A stretch of DNA of 60,872 bases, counting the filler, from Sphacelaria rigidula (Eukaryota): the NCBI GenBank assembly GCA_964200075.2. It is 10 parts of 10 records of this genome, joined end to end, with 100 filler letters (N's around TTAATTAATTAA, not from the genome) between each part and the next. Parts side by side here need not be neighbours in the genome. Positions count along the whole stretch, not along the records: positions 48,781 to 54,776 come from CAXNAA020022926.1; positions 54,877 to 60,872 come from CAXNAA020022927.1; 8 more parts are not named here. The stretch is one strand, 5' to 3'. The notes under the pieces are model-generated. The model saw only the letters and a list, made by a program, of their open reading frames with translations. It made no database searches and was not told where the DNA came from. Each line of letters begins with the position of its first letter. Position 1 is the first letter of the stretch. Both the position numbers and the translations under genes were made by a program. Positions 51,349-60,872 of the stretch are shown here, one piece after another.

Positions 51349-51653
51349 GCACGGGAAGGAACGAAGCAAAACGGACGCTTCCATATTACGAGCAACACAA
51401 GCTGCACTAGATGAAAAAAGACCCCCCAGAAAAAAGGCACGACAGGTGGTGGACGATGAACCTGGAAAAACACACGCAGCCCAAATTTCAATCACGTGGG
51501 TCCTGAACATCCCATTGACAAGCGGCAGGTGAGGAGATATGGCTGAAACAGGTATCATCATATATGTGGACCCCCTTCCCCCACGAGTAAGGGAGTTGGA
51601 CCCCTTTTCGCTTTGAAATTCGTTTTTACCAACCTTTCCCCGACCGTGTACTA

Positions 51654-51752
51654 GGATGGAGGGAGGGGGGGGGGGCAGCGTACCCAAATTTGTTGCTGGC
51701 CTTAGTTGTTTGACCATTGACCAAGATCCCTTTCGAGACGGAGAAGGAGGGA
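51654..51752 (-). mobile_element. Short LINE family A 3' fragment with C tail
   Basis: Minus strand CCGTCTCGAAAGGGATC...CAGCAACAAATTTGGGTACGCTG-C11; flanks TCCCTCCTTC and TCCCTCCATC. Confidence 0.75.
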
Positions 51753-53273
51753 ACGGAAGCAGTACTGCGGCGGACTATCCAGGAGACGAACACACAGACA
51801 TATATATAGGTATATGTCACACCAACGATCGGGGTGTGTGGCCAGCACACACCACATACAAAGAAAGGCACCGAAAACATCATGCCAGAAAAATGCCGCT
51901 ACAGCTGCCGTTTTTGCTGTTGCGTGCCAAACACGAAAAAAAACACCCAATACTACGGGAAGTCTTGGTCCCGGGTACCTGTCGCACACAAGCACACAAT
52001 TAATGCTCAAAAGAGGCGCGGAATAGAGATGTCGCTCTTAATATTCCGAGTCGTACGCCCCAGACAAAAAGGTTGGATCTGGCCACTATATTGAGCCCTA
52101 CGGCATCGAAATCAGTGCGACCGGTCTCTGTGCGCGGTAAGCGTGGAACAGCAACCCACGCGATGCTTCCCCACCACCCTTCACCTCCTCCAACCCCCCG
52201 AAAAAGGGAAGCTCAAGTATTTTCTCTTATAAACGAAACGACAACCCTGTGCTCTTGATAAACACGCGTCTATAACCACAAAAAAAACATACATTTCTGA
52301 CGGGAGGACCAACTTCTCGATAGCTCTGGCAGCATATAGCAATTTCCGACAAAAAAAAACGAAACATCCATCTATGATGCCTGCCGCTTTGACAAAGCCC
52401 CGACGCGAGGGGAGGGGAAGGCGATTCCGATACACGGCTCGACGAATGCGCCTGGTACTATTGCCGCGCTTGAGTTAGGCTATCGCTATCGCGGCGTCCG
52501 GGGTTATACTACGAAACAAATCCACCACCCGGGATCATTGCTTCGACACACCCCTACTCGGCTGGGGCATGAAGAGTATGACATATACCATTTATACCGA
52601 GGGAACTGGCTCCCGCCGAAGGCTGATCGATAACATGTTTCCCGATCAAACCAAACATGGCAAACGAGGTCAGCATACGGTATAGGCTTCGAGGGTAAGC
52701 TGAGTATTGTGGGGGGAGGGGGGGGAGGGGGGAGGATTCGAGCCAAGACGTACCCTCGAGCACCACGCCGTACTTGCAGCAGCCGATACCGTAGACACCG
52801 TCACCATCGCGAAATACTCGGGTGCTACGAAACCCGCTGAAAATCCGGGTATATCTCGAGCACGGTACCCTACCCTAAATGCCGCTGAAAGATTTCAATG
52901 CTTTCGGGAAGCTTTAACCACAGTATGCTCGACACGGCTCCACTCTCTTCAGACAAACAACGAATATTGTAGACTAAGATGGTGTACGCCGCGACTACGG
53001 AACACTAGTGGGGGGCGGGAGGGGGAGGGCGGGAGGGGGAGGGCGGGAGGCGGGGGGGATCCGCATATCGAGACTTCATCAACTCCTTCCGTCACGAGAC
53101 GGTAATTTCGGGACCCGGATTCTTTTTATGGCTCCTCTCGCACCTACCCGTTAGTCCAGCAAAAAGGGGCATTGTTCCGAAAATTCCACCTACAGTAGAA
53201 TCATTTTGATTATTCACCTCATTGCAGTACAGTAAACAGCCCCGGTTCCAGAACCATTCATGAGGGAATCGGG

Positions 53274-53588
53274 CTACAAATCGCCGTGCAAACCCTCCAG
53301 CGAAGGACACTCGTACCCTGCGCGCTCAAACAGATACATTATCTCCACGTCTTTGGTCAGAGGGATCACGAGCTTTCGATAAAGGTCCATGATGACCTCC
53401 GGCTCCACCTTGAAGTGCGGGGATACTTCCTCGCCTCCGGCCAAGTCTCCGATATCGCGGCCGTACGTCGAAGCTTTCATGAAGGCTCGGTGCAGTACCT
53501 TTTTCTCGACCGCCTTGTTGGTGAGGAGTTCGTTCACACCCGCAGCATCGCCGGCTCGGCAGAGTTCCTGGTACGTCTGGCTATCCGC
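53274..53588 (-). CDS. ARO7: Chorismate mutase (eukaryotic AroQ, ARO7/CM type), last exon
   Basis: LLTNKAVEKKVLHRA..KASTYG...YRKLVIPLTKDVEIMYL matches the yeast/plant CM C-terminus; acceptor AAACAG|GCG, stop at 53274-53276. Confidence 0.95.
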   Translation of the reverse strand, partial: ADSQTYQELCRAGDAAGVNELLTNKAVEKKVLHRAFMKASTYGRDIGDLAGGEEVSPHFKVEPEVIMDLYRKLVIPLTKDVEIMYLFERAGYECPSLEGLHGDL

Positions 53589-53923
53589 CTGTTTATTCAA
53601 TTCGTTTTTTTTCGCATTTTTCTTTTCTTCAGTTCTTCAAATTCGACTTGTTTCTGTTCCTTTGATTGCTTGTTGCTGTTGTCATCGTGGGAAGATGAAA
53701 CAAGAAAATAAGCACAAGATATTTCAAACAGCAATCATGATGGAAAAAAACAGAGAAGGGCGTTGAGAGGTGATCAACGGGTATACATGAAAAAAAACTG
53801 TTGATTCTCTCCTCCGCTCACCGTCAAGTTCGACGTTTCGTGCACACATGCGCGAGCGACACGGACGCCTAGTTTTCCTTCCGTGCTCGACCCCCAAATA
53901 TATGATAGTTTTTCTTCACGCGG

Positions 53924-53925
<2 letters not shown>

Positions 53926-53970
<45 letters not shown>

Positions 53971-53972
53971 TG
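53926..53972. repeat. (GT)n microsatellite in the chorismate mutase intron
   Basis: Seen directly. Confidence 0.95.
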
Positions 53973-54163
53973 CATGCCCTTGATATACCACTTGCGGTCG
54001 CTCGTCGAACGTCGCCGCTGCAGAAACACTCGTGCTTCAAAAACATGTATGTAGTCGTATTTCAGATGAAAAGTGTCGAGATCATCGCCAAATATTCGCG
54101 CATCATGAGCCAGAAGAGTACTCGAGCGTCATTAGCAGGCACGAACATTCTACACATACGAAC

Positions 54164-54308
54164 CTGGAATTTGCTCTCCGCGACAAACTTTCCGAGGTGC
54201 ACCCTCCGGCTGATCGCCTGTAGCGCCGACACGTCGCACACAATGGAGGACCCGTGTTGGCCATCGTCTCCCGCTTCGCATATCGCCGGCACCACTTCCG
54301 AAACGTAC
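54164..54308 (-). CDS. ARO7: Chorismate mutase, penultimate exon
   Basis: [48 protein letters not shown] carries the LSRRIHxGKFVAExK signature; CAG acceptor, CAG|GTTCGT donor in phase with the last exon. Confidence 0.95.
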
Positions 54309-54514
54309 CTGCTCGTTTGGAAAATGACAAAAACGCAAGGACGAGAAACAACAGTTTCAGCAGCAGCAGCAGCAGCAGCAGCAAGAATTAGCAGTAGCGA
54401 ACACCAAACGAAAAAAATGGATGTGAGATGCGCAGGATCGTGCGAAGTATTATACAGAGAAAAAAAAGGACAGCGAGGTTTCGACTTCCGATCTTCGCCG
54501 TGTACCTCCTCATC

Positions 54515-54776
54515 CGCCCCTCCCCTTCCCCGTTAGCCTGGTCCGGCGAGAACCCGGCGTGCTCCGTCCCGGCTTTAGGGGCGGACCCCCGATGGGGTTG
54601 GCGTCGGTTGGCGATGACGCTACGAAACACGCCATTCACTGCGTAAGCTAGGCAACCAGGTTACCGATTGTTTTGCGCACTAGCATTTTTTTGCGGTAAC
54701 CATGATAGTAGTCGAGCTAGATGATGTGCGGCGTGGGAGAACCTCAACTCCGCACAATGGGGATGATCGTACCACG
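54515..54776 (+). mobile_element. Family B fragments (a 3' piece after a C-tract, then a 5' end running into the contig break)
   Basis: 54537-54585 matches the reverse complement of about 17765-17810; 54632-54776 matches the reverse complement of 18030-18180. Confidence 0.7.
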
Positions 54777-54876
54777 NNNNNNNNNNNNNNNNNNNNNNNN
54801 NNNNNNNNNNNNNNNNNNNNTTAATTAATTAANNNNNNNNNNNNNNNNNNNNNNNNNNNNNNNNNNNNNNNNNNNN
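54777..54876. other. Artificial contig linker
   Basis: N44-TTAATTAATTAA-N44. Confidence 0.99.
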
Positions 54877-55028
54877 GTTCTTCTGTCTTGTTTGTGGTGT
54901 GTTGTACCGTGTTCGTGTGTGCGGGTGGGGTGTGGGGGGGGGGGGGGGGGGGGGGGGGTGACTGACTCGCGTCCCCCGACGCGCCATCTCTTCGTTCACG
55001 CTGCCTCCTCATGCTCTCATTTCTCGAG

Positions 55029-55184
55029 GCTAGGCCGCTTTACACACGATGTGATCGCCTTGATCGGGTTCCGATATGAGTCAAGGGCGATATCCGCGAC
55101 TGCAGGAGACAACAATCCTCTTTTCGAGGCGCTGGGGAACATACTGGGAAATTTCCAAGCCCTTTTGCTGTCGCCATTCCACTG
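55029..55184 (+). CDS. Cytochrome P450, internal exon (helix E-F region)
   Basis: LGRFTHDVIALIGFRYESRAI...NPLFEALGNILGNFQALLLSPFH resembles the P450 pattern RxTLDIIGLxGFGYDF; acceptor TTCTCGAG, donor TG|GTGAGA. Confidence 0.7.
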
Positions 55185-55376
55185 GTGAGACTCAGGCGCT
55201 ACGCTGCAGCCTCGTTCAACACGCCATCAAACACAGCTTTTGCGTAAAATCAATATGAGTGAACAGCGGAGAGCAAAAACAACTCACATTTCTGCAGGCG
55301 AATTTTAAATACAATTTGCTGCAAAATAAACGTAGATTATTTATTATATTTCCTTGCTCGTTTTATCTGTCATCAG

Positions 55377-55458
55377 GTTCGCATACAAGTTCCTCCCGTT
55401 CAACAGCTGGGTGAGAAGACTTTCGAAGGAAAAGGCAGTGGTTCATAAACTTGTGAAG
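55377..55458 (+). CDS. Cytochrome P450, next exon (F-G loop / helix G)
   Basis: The split codon TG|G gives W, then FAYKFLPFNSWVRRLSKEKAVVHKLVK; acceptor CATCAG, donor AAG|GTAAAC. Confidence 0.7.
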
Positions 55459-55629
55459 GTAAACTGCACACCACCCTTTAAAATGTCGGGGTCACATTTT
55501 TGCAGTCGACTGAGCACTCGACCTGCCCGTCTCGTTTCATTGCAGTCGTAGAGGACTACACGCACTCAGCGAAAAAGAAAATGCGTCATTCATACTCTAC
55601 GGTGGCGTGGGTACCGCTTTTTTATTTCG

Positions 55630-55732
55630 AGGGGAGGATGTTTTCATGATCTTGCATGCCATAGTCGTAAGACCATTGAGCGTCCATCGCTACTAAGCCG
55701 GGGCGGAGCACGTCGAGTCTTCGCCGAATCAC
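55630..55732 (-). mobile_element. Family B 3' fragment directly downstream of the LINE tail
   Basis: Matches 17720-17810. Confidence 0.7.
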
Positions 55733-55737
55733 ATTTC

Positions 55738-58700
55738 GGGGGAGGGGGGGAGGGGGGAGGCGTACTCATTTGTTGCTTGCCTTAGTCGTTTGACCATTCA
55801 CCGCGCACCCCTTTCGAGACGGAGCACCGTTCCTATTCCTGATAGAGATGCCTCCAATATTTCGGCGCTCATCACGTTTCTTCCACACATTACATAAAAA
55901 ACGTTTTACACATCTTATCCCCTTTCTGATTCGCCGTCTGTGGCCACCATCTACTGTATTTCCTAGTATAGCCATCTTTTTCTCCCTTGTGTCTGAAAGA
56001 TCTCATGCCACCTCCGTTTACTTTCCGCATTTCCCCCTCCAGCGCGTCCCGTTCCTCCTTGTATAGATCACATTCTGCCACTGCATGGGTTCTACTCTCT
56101 ATTGCTTTGCCACAGAGGGAATTCCGTGCATTTAGGTCCTCCCCCACTTGACTACTGATATATTGTATCTCTTTCTTCCTTCTGGCAGGTTCAGTCAATT
56201 TTTTCCAGGAGTCCATTCGGCCATGAAGATATGTATTTATCCCTATCCCATCTCTCCACCCACCGTATACCTCCAGGTGTTCTTCCTCGTCTAATTTGCG
56301 TCTGAGTGTTTCTTTTCCCGTATTTCTATCATATCTCTTACGTTTGTCTTGTTCCCCCCGCATTCACCCATTGACATTATATATCGTCTTGGTTTTCTCC
56401 TATCTCCTTACATACATTCTCGACTTCTCCATCCCACCTTATTCCCGTCTATCCTGTCGTCATTTTCTTCCATACGGCTTTATCAACTATGCCTGGCAAT
56501 CTCTTCCCCTGCCTGTTCTTTACGCTGTATTACTCTTTCGATTTCCTCATGTCTCTGTGTTCTAAGCGGGCACAATCCCAATTGTGCTCTCAATGCTGCA
56601 TTGCTCGTCGTTTTTTAGCATCCGAGTATCTTCTTACCTGCTTCCATCTGTATTGTTTCCAACTTCTCCTGCATATTCCAGCTTTGGTACAACCGCGTCC
56701 ATCAGGATACATATATTTATTCTAGTATCTAGGTGTGAGTCTCTGATAATCACATCGATCCTGCATATCTGCACCTCACCCTTATCTATTACTTCAAATA
56801 TGTGTGCACCCCAATAGAGCTTTCTTATATCTCCATGCCGAGGTATGTATACTGGTCTACGAGCCGCAGTTGCTCTTCTCCCCACTTCCATTTGAACTCT
56901 ATCGGATTTCCTAATCTTTGTTACATGCAAGTACTGCGCATTTGTTTACGTTCGCTGTCACTCTCGATTTTCTATTGTATTCTAGGGCCTTCTCTATTTT
57001 CTTCTGCAATCCTTCTGGTGTCTCTTATATCCCCACGAAGTCATCCGCGAACATCAACCCTGATACCGTATGTCCCCCGACTTTGACTCCTTGTTTTGCT
57101 GCTTCAGTTGCTATTATCAGGTCATTAATGAATACCTTGAATAAAGTCGGTGATGACGTATATCCATGTGCAACTCCCTGTGAAACATCAACATATTTCG
57201 ATATTTCCCAGTCTAGCATCATGGCACTTTTCGCACAGTCTGCCCTCTTTTTCACCATTCTCCACATTTTCCCTCTGATCCCAGTTTCCCACCACTTTTT
57301 CCCGTAGCCCATTTCTCCATACCATAATAGGCCTTCTGTGCGTCTAGAAAGAAAGAGTACGTTGTCAGCCCGGCGTCTTTCCTACCTTGAATAATATTAC
57401 GTAATGTGTACACATTGTCTACGCAACTACGTTTTGGTCTAAAACCTGCGTAACCCTGGCTGATTTTTTCTTCCTTCTCGAGCCGTTCCCACAGAATTTT
57501 GCAGAATGTTTTCTGTACGGTGCTCAGGAGCATTTATCCCTCTATAATTTCCTGTGTCAGCTTTGTCTCCTTTCTTGAAGAGGTTTACTACTACTCCTTT
57601 TTTCCAACTCTTGGGTGTGTAGTCGTTTACCCATATCCAATTGTACAGCATAACCATCATGGTAATTATCCCGTCTCTCCCGTACTTGAGAGATCCATTC
57701 ACCATATTTCGTCTGCCCCTGCTGCCTTTCTGTTTTTGAGTCCAGCTACACACTCCTTTGATTCATCTCTGGTGAACTCTCTCTGCAGTTCTTTGGAACC
57801 ACTATCCTCCTGCTTTGATGCCTCTACATTTGCCTCTGCCCATGTGTTGATTTCTCTCTCGAATTCCGTGTCGAACCTCTTGTTAGTTTTTGGTGTTCCT
57901 AGATTACGGTAGTGCTCTACTAGTACTTCTCTTTCCCCCCTCGAAATAGCAACCATTTCGCCGCTCTGTGCCAGTAGTGTAGCAACCCCCTTGTCTGTCT
58001 CTCCTGCCTGATTGCCCAGCCTCCCTTATATCCCTACCCACATTTGTTTCATCCCACCATCTAAATCTTCAATTGTTTCCTCAAGTACATCTTCCTCTAT
58101 TCCCTTTTTTTTTCTCCTCTACCATCTTGTTCATCTCTTTTCTAGCTTTAGCGTGTTCCTCCAATCCTACTGTAGTTTAACTCGACATTTATCTCGCGTT
58201 GGCCTCTCGCCTTACTCTTATAGCCTCTTTCACTTCCTCATCCCACCATTTTACTATTCTGTTGCCTATGATGAGTTTCTTCCCCATGACTTCACTCGCT
58301 GTGTTCTTGACCAAGTGCTCCCATCCTTCTATAATTTTCTCTTCTGCCCAATCCCTTTCCATTTCGGTGTCAACTGTACCTGTGCTTTCCAACAGCTCGG
58401 AAAAATTCGCTCCAGTTTTGGTCATATCTTCTTGGAACTCTTGCTGATTTGTTTGTATTTATAGTTTACCGATTCTCCATCTGTACAACTTCCTACCCCG
58501 CCTTTCTCGTTTAGCTTTCATCTGTTGGCTTTCTGTCCACATTAAGCAATGATCTATAGTTTTCACGTCCTCTGCGCATACATGTACTTCCATTTTCTCA
58601 CTCGTTCAAACTCCACCGCTCTATAGTCAAGAACGGAGAGTACTGTCTCGTCTACGCATTTTCTAGTCCATGTCCATTGCGCCTCTGTCTTTGTGCTCTG

Positions 58701-60570
58701 TCGTTCAGCGTCTTTATCTCGTTATTCTCAAGGAACTGCAGCATATCTACTCGTACCCCATTCGTGTTTCTCTTATCTTCCCCCTATTGCCCACTGATAC
58801 CAGCCGGTTGACCTGCTTTTCCAACCCTTGCATTAAAATCTTCGACAAACATTACTTCTCGCCTTTTATACTTCTGTACAACTGTTGCTACCTCTCCGCC
58901 TCCTCTGTATATCGTTTACCGCTCTCTTCGATTCTGGGGGCATGTAGATGTTGCCTACGAAGAATTCCTTCGTTCCCCGCTCTCCTGGTACCCTTATCTA
59001 TATGCTCTCGTCGAAATTTGTGTCTTTACTCACTTCTGTCATGTCACACAGGTATTCCTTGACTTAAGAATCCTACTCCCCCCGCTCCCCTGTTCTTGGG
59101 GTTCTGTCCTTCCCGCTTTTTCCATATCTATACGTACTCTTCAACTTTACATCCTATTTCTACCCCCTCTTCATCCCATGACTCTTGGATTCCCACTATA
59201 TTTAGGTCGCGTTTACTTACTTGTTTGGCTATCTCTATGATTTGGCGCTCGTCCGTGGCGAATCCACACACGTTCCACGATCCTATTCTCAACTTCCTCT
59301 TCAAAACGTTATCCACTCTCCTTTTGTCTATTGTTTTCTCACCGTCGTTTTTGAAGTATTTCCCCTTGCTTGATTTTTCTTTCCGTTTCCGGTTTGGTTT
59401 TCGCCTGTTTGCTTCGGGCCGCTATTTTCCCCCCCCTTTCCCTTCCGGGCACTCTCTTGTTTCTGCTTCTCCTTCTCTGCGTTTACCCGCGGACTACGTC
59501 TTGGGTTTGCTGTTCCTTTGGCTATGCATACTCTCCATCGTACCCTTCCAACCCATGCCGACACCTTACTTGTCTTTATTATCCTTTCCCACTCCTTGCT
59601 CGCGCTCTGTTTTAACGTGACTCGGAAGTGTTCTCCCTCCCCTTCTATTTTTCCTATTCCCACACAGTATAGCCCTACTTCATCGCATTTGCTCTTCAAC
59701 TCAATTCTCGTCGTATCGCTGCGGATTCCGAATACTAGCACTACTAGTACTGTACCGGCCCACTCTTTACTGCTCTATCCACCCTTCCTCGCCGTCTCTC
59801 TCTCTCTCGATTCCTTTGAAGAGTGTCTCCAGCTTCTTCGTTTCAAGTTTTGTCGTGGGATGTAGTCAAGGCACTGGGATATCCCAACCCTAGTGCTTGT
59901 TCGACGGCTGGTGTCTTTCATTTCTCTTTTTGGCTCACCGACACTGAAACATGTCTCCAAAACGGGCTCGTAGCCTGAAGCCAAGTTCAACATCTTTGAC
60001 ACAAGTATCCCACGTTTATCCCAGGCGATCTGCGTGGTAAACTATCCAGGAGTCCCACGATCGTATTTTCTAGCTTCTTGCCCCACAGCTGTACGGATTA
60101 CTTTCCTCCAGGGAGGCCATTTTCACCGTGTAATGTTCAAGGATGGCTTGCATAACACAAGGTCTTACTTACACATTGGGATGTCCCGTACATCATCACT
60201 TCCTCCCACTCCGTGTACCGTTCACCGTGGGTCGTTACTCCACTAATGCTCCCGAGTAGACCTTCGCTGCCGAAAGCTTGACCAACGATTCCCTCATCCT
60301 TTGCACCAGCTTCTATCCGTCAAGATCTGAAGAAGTCCACGTGCCGCTTGGTGCTCCTCCTCGTTGGACATGTGGTCGGTCATTGGCAAGGTGTTTGTTT
60401 CATGGGTGCAGTAGGCATTGACGTTTATGTCATGCATTATCAATCCCTTCTCTTCGCTTGACGCTTGTGCACCTAGTGTCGGGAATTTCAGGAAAATGTC
60501 TGACCAGATTTCCACCGCCCAATGGAAACCGGTAAAATTTTCCGGGTATCTCAGCACGAGACACAACCTC
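55738..60570 (-). mobile_element. Decayed near-full-length non-LTR retrotransposon (LINE family A; RTE/RTEX-like by motif style)
   Basis: ORF1-like relics at 59.3-60.6 kb; APE endonuclease, RT and C-terminal Cys/His motif in ORF2; C-rich tail at 55738-55760. The 5' end is not defined. Confidence 0.92.
55766..59316 (-). pseudogene. LINE ORF2 (APE endonuclease + reverse transcriptase), frameshifted
   Basis: LRIGSWNVCG...VGIQESW (APE); WKKGVVVNLFKKGDKADTGNYRGI, AGFRPKRSCVD, FFLDAQKAY, GVAHGYTSSPTLFKVFINDL and LMFADD (RT); CGKAIESRTHAVAEC. Confidence 0.93.
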
Positions 60571-60872
60571 CATGTGAATTTAACATGTCGAGGTGATCCT
60601 ATCGTATCTGCACTCGTTCTACCTTCGGGTCTTTCAATTGGCGTGTGATGCGGTCAACCTTCACGATCTTACTTACATGTCTGGGTTTTGGTCTTATTTT
60701 ATACCTTACCTTTGTAATGATGTGGAGGGAAGAGTCTCGGTTGTTTTCTGTTTTGATATGGGGAAATATAACTGTTTTTTCTCAATACTTCATGTCTATG
60801 CCTCTAAAAAGTAACCTGTAGTCCATTCGAGCAGTACACTCGCTGCTGCTTTTCTCCGAACAGGTGTGATAG

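Noticed and set aside
53274..55458. Chorismate mutase and P450 as a divergent metabolic gene cluster
   Set aside because: A linker at 54777-54876 separates them; the adjacency is an artefact.

Overview
Repeat-rich eukaryotic DNA. The GC-rich exons, long GT-AG introns and repeat content suggest a brown alga or related stramenopile (inference). The window is not one locus. It is ten contigs of 5998 down to 5996 bp, sorted by length and joined by nine identical 100-bp N44-TTAATTAATTAA-N44 linkers, so nothing should be linked across a linker. Host gene pieces that can be supported: the last two exons of a eukaryotic chorismate mutase (53274-54308, -), two internal exons of a cytochrome P450 (55029-55458, +), a probably near-complete spliced CAP/SCP-domain gene missing both conserved histidines (about 37895-39895, +), a Gly/Ser/His-rich low-complexity gene (14842-17618, -) and a few orphan exons. 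Most of the rest is transposon-derived: a decayed near-full-length APE+RT LINE (55738 to about 60570, -), two tRNA-derived SINE families, and hAT-, piggyBac- and G-terminal 4-bp-TSD MITEs. The most interesting signal is a LINE plus a ~460-bp non-autonomous partner. Both end in C-rich rather than A-rich tails, and several copies, some only 3-10 nt long, sit between duplicated C-tract targets. This suggests retrotransposition primed at G/C tracts. No CRISPR, rRNA or intact tRNA gene was found.
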